In this document: piece by piece, positions 18,189 to 28,372 of the stretch
Numbering within the stretch: position 1 is the first letter of the stretch
Layout: every line of letters starts with the position of its first letter
Assembly (NCBI RefSeq): GCF_003428155.1
Contig: NZ_QLIR01000009.1
Span: forward strand, 49,042 to 81,041
Length of the DNA: 32,000 nt
Direction: 5' to 3'
Origin: Fastidiosibacter lacustris
Lineage (GTDB): Bacteria > Pseudomonadota > Gammaproteobacteria > Francisellales > Francisellaceae
Notes under the pieces: model-generated
Seen by the model: only the letters and a program-made list of their open reading frames with translations
Told to the model about the DNA's origin: nothing
The model's database searches: none
Made by a program: the position numbers and the translations under genes

Positions 18189-19706
18189 ATGTTAGAACAG
18201 TCTGAAATACAGTGTATTGAGCATTTTTTTGACTACTTACAACGTATTGGAAACCACTATGCCTTTATCTACAATAATGAAGCTTATCGCTATCAAATGC
18301 TGCATGATAATGCACTTAAAATAAGTAATTGGCTAATACAACAAAACTGCCATAGGCTTATGTTTTCAATTAGCAATTCACCTTTTTCAGTTGGATTATT
18401 TTTGGCTTCTTGGTTAAATGCAATTGAATGCTTCCCAGTTAATCCTCGCTTTATTTCAAATGAACTTCTTGGACTAGTTAAACGTGCTAAACCAAATTTA
18501 CTAATCATTGAATCGCAACAAAACTCAGATGTCCTGACCGCATATTGCCAAACTGAACGTATTAAACTCTATGTCGTTGATGCACCAATGAATTTTTTAA
18601 ACACAATTACTGGCACTCCAACTACAAAAAGAGCAGTAAACCCAATCCAACACAAAAAAGAAGGTATTACCTATCACATAAGCTCAGGCACAGGAGGACA
18701 TTATAATTTTCATGGTCATTACACCTCACAAATCTTAGCTTATGCCTACCAACGCCAATTTGATTATGGGCTTAAAAAAGGTGATTTGTCACTGGTACAC
18801 CTATCATTTAACCACGCATATGCTTTTTCTTATCAACTATTACCAAATATAGCACTTGGTAACAGTATGATTTTGGCACCAAGCTTTAATGCGAAAACCG
18901 CACTTCACTACATCAAACACTATGAAGTATCGGCTTTAGCGCTACTACCTACAATGTATTACCAACTATGTCAACAAGTCAAACAGAAAAGCTTAACCAA
19001 TCACCATTTAAGACACCTTAGCGTTGCAGGCGATCAACCCAATCCAATGCTCTTTCAACTGGTAAAAGACACATTTGATCAACCTTTATTAAATGGCTTA
19101 GGAATGACTGAAGTCTATGGTTATGCTCAAAACATTAGCAAGACGAATGAACATAATAAAATTAAACTTTTTGATGACGTAAAAATAAAAATTCAATCAC
19201 TTAAATCTCAGCAAGCTTACCCTTTAGAGCTTAAAAATACACCTTTCCCAATTGGAGAGATTTATATTCAAACACCAATACAGCCTATCTCTCATCAAGG
19301 AGTATGGCTCCCCACGGGAGATTATGGCTATGTAGATAATGAACATAACCTTTATTTTCTTGGTCGAATAAAAGATATTATTATCAAAGGCGGCTCGAAT
19401 ATTGCACCACTTGAGTTAGAACATTATCTCTATCAAATACCTCAAATCAAGCAGGCCGCTGTTGTGGGTCAGAAAAACGCTATTTGGGGGGAGCTTATCT
19501 GCGCTTGCCTGGTTTTAAAAGAAAATACCATATTAACGCTAGAACAAGTCAATCAATTTCTAAGCCAATACCTTGCACAATACAAGCATATTGATAAACT
19601 CTTTTACTATTCACAACTACCTATCAATATCACCGGAAAAATCGATCGCTATCGCCTTGTACGAGACATCAATAATGAAACAACTACCAAAATTTGCCTG
19701 CCTTGA
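18189..19706 (+). CDS. ANL-superfamily AMP-dependent acid ligase (acyl/aryl-adenylating enzyme), substrate unknown
   Basis: GLGMTEVYGY, LPTGDYGYVD, FLGRIKDIIIKGGSNIAPLELEHYL, PINITGKIDRYRLV. The supplied ORF uses TTG at 18129; ATG at 18189 preceded by GGGAAGAG is also plausible. Confidence 0.85.
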   Translation: MLEQSEIQCIEHFFDYLQRIGNHYAFIYNNEAYRYQMLHDNALKISNWLIQQNCHRLMFSISNSPFSVGLFLASWLNAIECFPVNPRFISNELLGLVKRAKPNLLIIESQQNSDVLTAYCQTERIKLYVVDAPMNFLNTITGTPTTKRAVNPIQHKKEGITYHISSGTGGHYNFHGHYTSQILAYAYQRQFDYGLKKGDLSLVHLSFNHAYAFSYQLLPNIALGNSMILAPSFNAKTALHYIKHYEVSALALLPTMYYQLCQQVKQKSLTNHHLRHLSVAGDQPNPMLFQLVKDTFDQPLLNGLGMTEVYGYAQNISKTNEHNKIKLFDDVKIKIQSLKSQQAYPLELKNTPFPIGEIYIQTPIQPISHQGVWLPTGDYGYVDNEHNLYFLGRIKDIIIKGGSNIAPLELEHYLYQIPQIKQAAVVGQKNAIWGELICACLVLKENTILTLEQVNQFLSQYLAQYKHIDKLFYYSQLPINITGKIDRYRLVRDINNETTTKICLP

Positions 19707-21504
19707 AAATACACTTGATTCAAGCAAGCCAAGCTTCTACTTTGACAGCCCCGTTGATGAAATCTCATGTATTACCCCTATAAACATCAAAAGTGCATTG
19801 GATCAATTAGAGTCCCTACAGCAGCAAGGCTTATATCTTGTTGGGTATGTCAGTTATGAGGCAGCTTACTACCTCAATTCTGACTTTACATCTATGCAAG
19901 ACCAAGATGCTTCATTTTGTACCACTTTAATACATTTTGTAGCTTTTAAAAATTGCCAACTTCAATCATCTCAAAAGCAAAGTACATATTCAGTATTTCC
20001 TGCAATTGATATGATTCACGATTGTTTATCTTATAAGCAATACATGAAAGACTTTGCAGTCATTCAAAAAGCGCTCTTAGATGGTGAAAGTTATCAGATT
20101 AATTATACCAAACGTGTACAGCTTAGAAGTCCTCTTTCTGTTTTTGAACTTTATCAACAATTAAAGGCACAACAACCCGTTCAATATAGTGCTTTTTTAC
20201 CTTTTTCACCTGTGACTGTTTTATCTTTTTCACCTGAATTATTTTTTAAAAAAACAGCTAACCTCATAACAGTTAAGCCAATGAAAGGCACATCTGCTCG
20301 TTTTGATGATCCCGTGTTAGATCAAAATTCCTATACATTCTTAAAAAATGACTCTAAAAATAAAGCAGAGAATTTAATCATTATTGATTTGCTTCGCAAT
20401 GATTTAGCTCGTTTTTGTGAAACAGGAAGTATCGAGGTCATTGATGCCTTTGATATTGAAACTTATAAAAGCGTTTATCAAATGACCTCTACCTTATCCG
20501 CAAAACTTGCACCTGAAACTTCATTTTCTCACATCCTGAAAAACTTATTTCCTTGCGGCTCTATTACTGGGGCTCCTAAAAAGCGTACAATGGAATTCAT
20601 CAAAAATTTAGAACCTGCTCGCAATCTTTACACTGGTTGTATTGGTTATATCCTACCAAATAATGATATGTGTTTTAACGTTGCGATTCGTACTTTAAGC
20701 CAAAAACCAAATAACCTCTTTGAATGTGGCGTAGGTGGTGGCTTTACTATTCAATCTACTTGTGATGACGAGTGGCAAGAAATGCTTACAAAACTTACCT
20801 TTTTAAAACGCTGCTATCAACCTAGCTTTAACTTAATTGAAACCCTGTTGTATGATAGAAAAGGCTTTACTTCTTTAGACTTACATTTACAAAGGCTTAT
20901 ATATTCAGCACAGTGCTTACACTTTACCCTCAACCCAATGGATATTGAATCTGACCTTTTAAACTATGCCTTACAATATTTAAAAAATCAAAATAATAAA
21001 ACCTATAAGATAAGAGTAGAAGTAGATTATAAAGGTGGTTATAAAATTAGCCATCAAACTATTACCATACCTACCGAAAACACGGCTATAACAATCTATA
21101 TTTGCCCTGAAAAAATTGAATCCTCTCATCCATTATGGTTACATAAAACCACTGATAAAAGTACGCGTGGTTTTTATGAAACTATGCACAATAAATATTT
21201 AAATGGGGCAGAAGCTGCTGAGCTCATTTACATAAATGAAAAAGGTCACATCACAGAAGCTCGCTTTTACAACATTATTGTTGAGATCAATCATACACTT
21301 TTTACACCATCGCTTAGTGATGGTTTACTACCTGGTATCGCACGCTCTAAGATTATTAATAATGGTGTTATTGAGCGATCCATAACGCCAGATGAGCTAA
21401 CAACAGCAACGGCCATTTATTTAATTAACGATATACGCGGCAAAATACCGGTAACTTTAGCGCAAACCAAACTACCAATATTACTTAATACTCACAAAAA
21501 GTAA
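19675..21504 (+). CDS. pabB: Fused aminodeoxychorismate synthase component I / aminodeoxychorismate lyase (PabB-PabC)
   Basis: PabB part: LLDGESYQINYTKR, VKPMKGTSAR (Lys typical of ADC synthase), CGSITGAPKKRTMEFI. C-terminal class IV aminotransferase part: LHKTTDKSTRGFYE and GHITEARFYNIIVE..LLPGIAR. ATG at 19675 preferred over 19573. Confidence 0.9.
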   Translation: MKQLPKFACLENTLDSSKPSFYFDSPVDEISCITPINIKSALDQLESLQQQGLYLVGYVSYEAAYYLNSDFTSMQDQDASFCTTLIHFVAFKNCQLQSSQKQSTYSVFPAIDMIHDCLSYKQYMKDFAVIQKALLDGESYQINYTKRVQLRSPLSVFELYQQLKAQQPVQYSAFLPFSPVTVLSFSPELFFKKTANLITVKPMKGTSARFDDPVLDQNSYTFLKNDSKNKAENLIIIDLLRNDLARFCETGSIEVIDAFDIETYKSVYQMTSTLSAKLAPETSFSHILKNLFPCGSITGAPKKRTMEFIKNLEPARNLYTGCIGYILPNNDMCFNVAIRTLSQKPNNLFECGVGGGFTIQSTCDDEWQEMLTKLTFLKRCYQPSFNLIETLLYDRKGFTSLDLHLQRLIYSAQCLHFTLNPMDIESDLLNYALQYLKNQNNKTYKIRVEVDYKGGYKISHQTITIPTENTAITIYICPEKIESSHPLWLHKTTDKSTRGFYETMHNKYLNGAEAAELIYINEKGHITEARFYNIIVEINHTLFTPSLSDGLLPGIARSKIINNGVIERSITPDELTTATAIYLINDIRGKIPVTLAQTKLPILLNTHKK

Positions 21505-21512
21505 GGTTTAAT

Positions 21513-22100
21513 ATGTTATTGTTTATTGATCACTACGATTCGTTTTCACACATCCTAATGGACTATTTTAAACGTCTTAGACAAGAAATTAGGCATATCA
21601 AAACAGACGAAGTTTCATCCAAATTTAAAATCAACTCATTTAAATACATTGTGATTGGACCAGGACCTGGTCACCCTAATGAATTGTTACATTTATACCC
21701 AATTATCCGTGAAGCAATCAATTTGAAAATACCTTTGTTAGGTGTATGTTTGGGGCATCAACTTCTTGCTCAATACTTTGGCGCTAAAGTCATTCACGCC
21801 AAACAAATTATGCACGGGCAATGCTCTGAAATTACGCATGATAACGATGAACTCTATAGAAATCTACCTAATAAAATATTGGTTACACGCTATCATTCCC
21901 TTATCGTTGCACATAATAGTTTACCACACACACTCAAAGGCATTGCTTATAGTCAAGATCATGAGCTTATGGCGTTTTGTCATAAGTCTTACCCAATTTA
22001 TGGCATTCAATACCACCCTGAAGCATATCTGACCGAATACGGTTTAAAGCTGTTACAAAACTTTCTTAGCATTCATCATATCCCTTTTGATCAGAAATAA
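21513..22100 (+). CDS. pabA: Glutamine amidotransferase component of aminodeoxychorismate (or anthranilate) synthase
   Basis: LLFIDHYDSFSH, VIGPGPGHP, PLLGVCLGHQLLAQYFGAKV, GIQYHPEAYLTEYGLKLLQNF. Confidence 0.9.
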   Translation: MLLFIDHYDSFSHILMDYFKRLRQEIRHIKTDEVSSKFKINSFKYIVIGPGPGHPNELLHLYPIIREAINLKIPLLGVCLGHQLLAQYFGAKVIHAKQIMHGQCSEITHDNDELYRNLPNKILVTRYHSLIVAHNSLPHTLKGIAYSQDHELMAFCHKSYPIYGIQYHPEAYLTEYGLKLLQNFLSIHHIPFDQK

Positions 22101-23109
22101 TTAAATGTCTTGCCAATGGTGCCGGTAGCGCATACTGCTTAATTGCGTTTTTATGCACCCAAATGCCCTGATGATTTATACAAGTCTTTTCATTTACCGC
22201 ATGAACTTTAATATCATAATTTAATTCAAAATGGGTAAAGATATGCCTTTGATCTTGGCATAGCATATGGGTATATTCTCCCAAATATAAATCTTCATCG
22301 GGCAATACATAAAGTCCTCCCCATATCCCTTTATTTGGTTTTTTAATGAGTAACAACTCATCTTGATAACAATACAAATAAAAACGCTTAGACCTTACAG
22401 GTTTTACTTTTTGTGGCTTTTTAACAGGATAATTCTTAACAACTTGGTTATTGTAAGCCAGGCACATATCATTTAATGGGCATTGAATACATTTTGGTCT
22501 TGTTCTAGTACAAAGTGCAGCACCAAAATCCATTTGCACTTGCGTATAAGCTTGAGTATTTTCTATTGGCATGAGTTTATTTGCCAATTGCCATAAATAC
22601 CTTTCCATACTTTTGTCATTTGGATGTACGCCAAGTTGAAATAGCCTTGCAAACACGCGCTTAACGTTTCCATCTAGAATTGGAGTGGGCTTGCTAAAAG
22701 CGATTGATAATATCGCATGTGCCGTTGAACGACCAATCCCTGGTAATGCCATTAATGTATCTACATCGTGTGGTAGCTTCCCTTGATGGAAATCACGCAT
22801 GATTTGTGCAGCCTTATGCAAATTCCTTGCTCTGGCATAGTAACCAAGTCCTGCCCAATACTGCATAACCTTATCTTGTTGCTCATTAGCAAGTGTTATA
22901 ATATCGGGAAAAACCTCAATAAATTTTAAAAAATAAGGAATAACTGTTTTAACTTGGGTTTGCTGAAGCATAATTTCAGATAACCAAACGTGATAAGGGC
23001 TAAAATCTCCTTGCCAGGGAAGGTTATGACGACCATATTTTTGATACCAGGTAAGGAGTGATTTTTGATAATAAGAAATATTAAAGTGAACATTAATTTC
23101 ATTAGTCAT
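22066..23109 (-). CDS. mutY: A/G-specific adenine glycosylase
   Basis: WLSEIMLQQTQVKTVIPYF, MALPGIGRSTAHAI, ILDGNVKRVFARLF, [4Fe-4S] motif C-x6-C-x2-C-x5-C (CTRTRPKCIQCPLNDMC). ATG at 23109 preferred over 23160. Confidence 0.95.
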   Translation of the reverse strand: MTNEINVHFNISYYQKSLLTWYQKYGRHNLPWQGDFSPYHVWLSEIMLQQTQVKTVIPYFLKFIEVFPDIITLANEQQDKVMQYWAGLGYYARARNLHKAAQIMRDFHQGKLPHDVDTLMALPGIGRSTAHAILSIAFSKPTPILDGNVKRVFARLFQLGVHPNDKSMERYLWQLANKLMPIENTQAYTQVQMDFGAALCTRTRPKCIQCPLNDMCLAYNNQVVKNYPVKKPQKVKPVRSKRFYLYCYQDELLLIKKPNKGIWGGLYVLPDEDLYLGEYTHMLCQDQRHIFTHFELNYDIKVHAVNEKTCINHQGIWVHKNAIKQYALPAPLARHLIISDQKGYDEC

Positions 23110-23635
23110 ACTGAATAAGTGACTCAACTGCAATATCTTTAGGCATTTTAGCTCGCCCATTTAAACCCAATAGCTCAATAACAAATATAGAACCTAAAAC
23201 ATTTGCACCTGCTTTGTTCACCAACTCAACACAAGCAGAAGCCGTACCTCCTGTTGCCAATAAATCATCAACTAGTAACACTTGATCCTCTTTATTAAAA
23301 GCATCTTGATGCACTTCAAGTGTGTCAAAGCCATATTCAAGCTCATATTGACACTTATACACTGCTCTTGGCAACTTACCTTGTTTACGAATAGGTATAA
23401 AACCAATCGATAGATACTTTGCTAACCCCACTCCAAAGATAAAGCCTCGGCTTTCAGGTCCCGCAATTAGCGTAGGTCTATGAGGTAAATTTTCTATACG
23501 GTCAGCCATAAGCTTAGCAGTTAAACGTAACCCTTTCGGATCAGCTAATAAGGGAGTAATATCACGAAACAAAATCCCAGGTTTTGGAAAGTTTGGCACA
23601 GATTGGATCAACGATTGTAAAATTTGCACACTCAT
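23102..23635 (-). CDS. apt: Adenine phosphoribosyltransferase
   Basis: [47 protein letters not shown]. Confidence 0.96.
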   Translation of the reverse strand: MSVQILQSLIQSVPNFPKPGILFRDITPLLADPKGLRLTAKLMADRIENLPHRPTLIAGPESRGFIFGVGLAKYLSIGFIPIRKQGKLPRAVYKCQYELEYGFDTLEVHQDAFNKEDQVLLVDDLLATGGTASACVELVNKAGANVLGSIFVIELLGLNGRAKMPKDIAVESLIQYD

Positions 23636-23888
23636 GAATCAGGAATTTATTACAAATAAAAATTGTTACTAATAGTATCATGATGATCAATGACTTTCTA
23701 GCGAACCATTCTTAGAACTTACCGTAAAATCGTTCTTTTGATTAAATACTACGTTAAACTTAAATGAACCCACATTTATAGTATGGGGAATTTGCTAGAT
23801 TAGAAATCGCATTTAAGCGTAAGTTTGATATAGATTGGTAGATGACGCAATCGAAAAATTAATACTAGGCTCCATTAAATGTGAATAA

Positions 23889-25388
23889 TTAGATTTCTAG
23901 TAACATCCTTGCTGGATCTTCGATCAACTCTTTGATTGTTTTTAAGAATTTAACAGATACACTACCATCAATAATCCTATGGTCATAGGAAAGTGCTAAA
24001 TACATAATAGGACGGATAACGATTTCACCATTGATAACAACTGGTCGCTCAACAATATTATGCATACCTAAAATCGCACTTTGTGGCGCATTGATAATTG
24101 GCGTCGATAGCATTGAACCATAGGTGCCACCATTGGTAATAGTGAAAGTTCCTCCTTGCATTTCTTCTAACGAAAGCTTACCATCACGTGCTTTAATCGC
24201 TTTTTCAACAATTTCGGTTTCAATCTTAGCAAAAGACTTCTGATTGGTATTGCGAATAACAGGAACAACCAAGCCGCGCTCTGAACCGACAGCGACACCA
24301 ATATCAAAATAACCATGGTAAACGATATCACTGCCATCAATAGAAGCATTAACCTCAGGAAAACGCTTTAAAGCTTCCGTTGCTGCTTTCAAGAAAAATG
24401 ACATAAATCCAAGCTTGGCATCATGTGTTTTTAGAAACAAATCCTTGTATTGTGACCTTAAATCCATCACTGGTTTCATATCTACTTCATTAAACGTCGT
24501 TAAAATTGCATTACTATGCTGCACATCAACCAAACGTTTAGCAATCGTTTGACGAAGACGAGTCATCCGTACACGTTTATCAGGTCGATCAGATGTAAAT
24601 TCAATTGAAGGTAAAGAAGATATAGAAGCTTGTAATGGTTTTGATACTGGTACATTGATTACGTCTTGCTTGGTAATACGACCATTTTTACCACTACCTT
24701 GTACATTTGCCAAATCAACATCATTTACCTTAACCGCACGGCGTACTGAGGGCGATAAATTATCGTTGGTTTGCTGTACGTTAGCAGATTGTTGATCTAC
24801 CACTAAAGCAGAACTTACATTCGATGAAACGCTACCTGCTGTAATCTCTGCAACTGCTTCAGCACTTAATACTGCATCACCCTCTGCTTTTAACCTTTTA
24901 GTTAACACACCTGATGCAGAAGCAGGGACTTCCATCATTACTTTATCCGTTTCAATTTCAACAATTGTTTCACCTTCTTCAACACGATCACCTGGCTTTT
25001 TATGCCAAGTTGCTACAGTACCTTCTGCTATTGATTCTGGAAAAGTGGGAGCATGAATAATTTCAGTAGTACCTTTCAGTTGAGTACTTGCTGCTGAAGC
25101 TGTATTTCCTTTTGCAATTGAAGGTTCTTTTACTGTTGACATTTGTTGTGTTTCATTTTCGGAAATAGTGCCAATGATTTCTTCAGAAACAACATTATCA
25201 CCTTCACCCTTCTTCACTTGCCCCATGATACCTGCATTCATCGCTGGCACTTCCATAACGACTTTATCGGTTTCAATTTCAGCTAATACATCACCTTCTT
25301 CAACACGATCACCTGGCTTTTTATGCCAAGTTGCTACAGTACCTTCTGCTATTGACTCCGGAAAAACAGGAACTTTTATATCTGCCAT
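23889..25388 (-). CDS. sucB: 2-oxoglutarate dehydrogenase E2 (dihydrolipoyl succinyltransferase) with two tandem lipoyl domains
   Basis: Two lipoyl domains ([12 protein letters not shown] and [12 protein letters not shown]), a peripheral-subunit-binding region ([32 protein letters not shown]), and a catalytic C-terminus ([24 protein letters not shown]). Confidence 0.96.
   Translation of the reverse strand: MADIKVPVFPESIAEGTVATWHKKPGDRVEEGDVLAEIETDKVVMEVPAMNAGIMGQVKKGEGDNVVSEEIIGTISENETQQMSTVKEPSIAKGNTASAASTQLKGTTEIIHAPTFPESIAEGTVATWHKKPGDRVEEGETIVEIETDKVMMEVPASASGVLTKRLKAEGDAVLSAEAVAEITAGSVSSNVSSALVVDQQSANVQQTNDNLSPSVRRAVKVNDVDLANVQGSGKNGRITKQDVINVPVSKPLQASISSLPSIEFTSDRPDKRVRMTRLRQTIAKRLVDVQHSNAILTTFNEVDMKPVMDLRSQYKDLFLKTHDAKLGFMSFFLKAATEALKRFPEVNASIDGSDIVYHGYFDIGVAVGSERGLVVPVIRNTNQKSFAKIETEIVEKAIKARDGKLSLEEMQGGTFTITNGGTYGSMLSTPIINAPQSAILGMHNIVERPVVINGEIVIRPIMYLALSYDHRIIDGSVSVKFLKTIKELIEDPARMLLEI
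24970..25034. repeat. 65-bp perfect direct repeat, copy 1, inside the second sucB lipoyl domain
   Basis: tcaccttcttcaacacgatcacctggctttttatgccaagttgctacagtaccttctgctattga, identical to 25291-25355 (offset 321 bp). Confidence 0.95.
25291..25355. repeat. 65-bp perfect direct repeat, copy 2, inside the first sucB lipoyl domain
   Basis: Identical to 24970-25034. Both encode [21 protein letters not shown]. Confidence 0.95.
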
Positions 25389-25439
25389 TTTTTCTACCCT
25401 TTTATCTTTTTTACTAAATCTATAAATAAAAATCTTGTC

Positions 25440-28304
25440 TTATGCACTATTGTTTTCATCAAGTTTTAATGCTTTGCCAATCAGCTTATCCTGCTGTATA
25501 TGAAACAAAGCTGGATAACCAACAGCAGGCGCTGCTGCTGCTTTTCTGCCAACATAATTTAAGCTCTGCCCCTTGACCAACACTCTTCTTAATTCATGTT
25601 GAATCATCCACCATGCACCTTGATTTTCAGGCTCTTCTTGTACCCAAACAATATCACTAACATGCTGATATGCAGCAAGCACTGCCTCTAAATCTTGCTG
25701 TGGGAAAGGGTAAAGTTGTTCTATACGAATAATAGCAATGTCTTCAATCGCTTTTTCACGACGCTTAGATAACAAATCATAATATACTTTGCCAGAACAT
25801 AAAATCACACGTGTTATTTTTTCTGCTTTGATGTCATCGGTTTCATGAATCACATTATAAAAATGTCCATCTGCCAAATCTTCCAGACTTGAAAAGACAA
25901 GCGGATGGCGCAATAAACTCTTAGGTGACATCACAATAAGTGGTTTTCGATAAGCTCTTAGCATTTGTCTACGCAACATATGAAAAAGTTGTGCAGGCGT
26001 TGTTGGCACACAAATTTGCATATTATCATTTGCACAAAGCTGTAAAAAACGCTCTAGTCTAGCAGATGAGTGCTCCGCACCTTGACCTTCTTGACCATGT
26101 GGTAATAACATGACAAGTCCTGATAAAATACCCCATTTTTCTTCTGCTGCCGCAATAAATTGATCAATCACCACCTGAGCCGTATTGGCAAAATCACCAA
26201 ATTGTGCTTCCCAAATTACCAAACTTTCTGGTGCTGAACAACTATAGCCATAATCAAAACCAAGTACCGCATACTCAGATAGTACTGAATCAATAATATG
26301 ACACTGTACTTCAGGGTTAATGTGCTGCAACGGTATGTAATCAGGTAAATTGACATTATTATAATCATAGTTATGTAATACAGCATGGCGATGTGAGAAA
26401 GTACCACGTCCACAATCCTCACCTGATAAGCGTATACTATAACCCTCTACCAACAACGTGGCATAGGCAAGATTTTCAGCGAATCCCCAATTTGCTGTGC
26501 TTTCACCAGCAGCCATTTTGACTCGATCCTCAATTGTCTTTTTTACTTGTGGCTGCAAGATTAAGCCTTCTGGTAAATGATTGAGTTTATTCGCCAATTC
26601 AATCAACTTCTCCTTATCAAAACGCGTATCCACCCTTTGATCCCATTTTTGATTAAGATAAGGACGCCAATTTACAATACACTTAGTACTGCGTTGTTGT
26701 TGAGTCGTAATGACATCGGCAACAACTTGTTTATTTTGCAATTTATCTCTATAGGCTTTTGCCATTACATCGGCTTGTTCTTGAGAAACTACACCTTCTT
26801 TTTCTAACTTTTCAGCATAGATAGCACGAGTTGTTGGTAACTTTTTAATGATACTATACATCTTTGGCTGCGTACCGGACGGCTCATCGGCTTCATTGTG
26901 ACCATGACGACGATAGCACACTAAATCAATCACAATATCTTTGTTAAACATCATACGATAATCCATAGCAAGCCCTGCTACACGAACAACTGCTTCAGGA
27001 TCATCAGCATTAACATGCAACACAGGTGCTTCGACCATTTTTGCAATATCAGTACAATATAAACTACTTCTATTATCTTCTTTTTTATCTGTTGTAAAAC
27101 CAACTTGGTTGTTGATCACAATATGAATAGTACCTCCGGTTCCATAGTACCTTGTTTGTGACAAAGAAAAAGTTTCCATTATCACTCCTTGACCACAGAA
27201 AGCAGAGTCGCCATGAATTAAAATGGGAACTACTTTGCTAGGTGCTTCACCATGCTCAAAACAATCTTGTTTCGCTCTAACAGCACCTTCTACAACAGGA
27301 TCAACCGTCTCTAAATGTGATGGGTTAAAGGCAAGTGCTAAACGCACAGTTTCTTTTGGTGTCTTATGCCACGAAGCAAAGCCTAAGTGATATTTTACAT
27401 CCCCTGACAAGAATTTTTTATCTTGCTCACCTTCAAACTCTTTAAATAAATTTTCGGGTGATTTACCCATGATATTGACAAGTACATTCAAGCGCCCACG
27501 ATGCGCCATTCCCATACCTACCTCTTCCACACTCGCCTCACCTGCCTTATTGATAATCTCATTTAATGCAGGAATCATCGACTCTCCACCTTCAAGTGAG
27601 AAGCGCTTTTGACCAACATATTTCATGCCAAGATATTTTTCTAATCCTTCAGCAGCTGTTAAACGCTCTAAAAGCCATTCTTTACGTTCTTTAGATAAAT
27701 TTGGCGCTACCTTTTCTACCCGCTGACGAAACCACATCTTTTCCGCCATGTTGCTTAAGTGCATAAATTCATAACCAACGCTATCGGCATAAACTTGCTT
27801 AAGTTTAGCGATAATGTCTTTTAACAACATCGGTTTATAATCAGAAAAAATCCCAACGTTAAAACTTTCGTTTAAATTCTCTTTATTTAAGCCATGAAAT
27901 TCAAGGTCAAGCTCTGGTGTAACCTCAGGTAACTTAATGCCAAGTGGATCAAGATTAGCAATCTTATGACCAACACTACGATACATATAAACCAAATCCA
28001 TGACGGCTGAAATTTTATCCCCACCATCTGGATAATTGCTAGAGTCGACAATTATGCCTTGTGGCGTTGAAACAGCAAACCGAAATGGATTTTTGCTCAA
28101 CGCAATAAAATCTTCTCTAATCTGCGCATGCGATACATCATGTTGATTATTGCGTATACCATCAAAATATTGACGCCAACTGCTATCAACTAAATTAGGA
28201 TCTTTTAAATAGTCTTCATAAATTGCATCTAGATAAGCACTGCTACTACCTGAAAGTTGTGAACTTTCCAACCATAAAGACATTGAGTCTTGTGTTTCAC
28301 TCAT
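25440..28304 (-). CDS. sucA: 2-oxoglutarate dehydrogenase E1 component
   Basis: GMAHRGRLNVLVNIMGK, HLGFASWHKTPKETVRLALAFNPSHLE, HGDSAFCGQGVIMET, LPHGQEGQGAEHSSARLERFLQLC. Confidence 0.98.
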   Translation of the reverse strand: MSETQDSMSLWLESSQLSGSSSAYLDAIYEDYLKDPNLVDSSWRQYFDGIRNNQHDVSHAQIREDFIALSKNPFRFAVSTPQGIIVDSSNYPDGGDKISAVMDLVYMYRSVGHKIANLDPLGIKLPEVTPELDLEFHGLNKENLNESFNVGIFSDYKPMLLKDIIAKLKQVYADSVGYEFMHLSNMAEKMWFRQRVEKVAPNLSKERKEWLLERLTAAEGLEKYLGMKYVGQKRFSLEGGESMIPALNEIINKAGEASVEEVGMGMAHRGRLNVLVNIMGKSPENLFKEFEGEQDKKFLSGDVKYHLGFASWHKTPKETVRLALAFNPSHLETVDPVVEGAVRAKQDCFEHGEAPSKVVPILIHGDSAFCGQGVIMETFSLSQTRYYGTGGTIHIVINNQVGFTTDKKEDNRSSLYCTDIAKMVEAPVLHVNADDPEAVVRVAGLAMDYRMMFNKDIVIDLVCYRRHGHNEADEPSGTQPKMYSIIKKLPTTRAIYAEKLEKEGVVSQEQADVMAKAYRDKLQNKQVVADVITTQQQRSTKCIVNWRPYLNQKWDQRVDTRFDKEKLIELANKLNHLPEGLILQPQVKKTIEDRVKMAAGESTANWGFAENLAYATLLVEGYSIRLSGEDCGRGTFSHRHAVLHNYDYNNVNLPDYIPLQHINPEVQCHIIDSVLSEYAVLGFDYGYSCSAPESLVIWEAQFGDFANTAQVVIDQFIAAAEEKWGILSGLVMLLPHGQEGQGAEHSSARLERFLQLCANDNMQICVPTTPAQLFHMLRRQMLRAYRKPLIVMSPKSLLRHPLVFSSLEDLADGHFYNVIHETDDIKAEKITRVILCSGKVYYDLLSKRREKAIEDIAIIRIEQLYPFPQQDLEAVLAAYQHVSDIVWVQEEPENQGAWWMIQHELRRVLVKGQSLNYVGRKAAAAPAVGYPALFHIQQDKLIGKALKLDENNSA

Positions 28305-28372
28305 AGTTTTACTCTTAACCTTCTTTGACCAAAATAAAAAAGCACTTACTTCATTTCAGCGCTCAACTAAAT

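Noticed and set aside
26216-26807. Plus-strand ORFs 26216-26422 and 26577-26807 inside sucA
   Set aside because: They are antisense to sucA, with no domain support.
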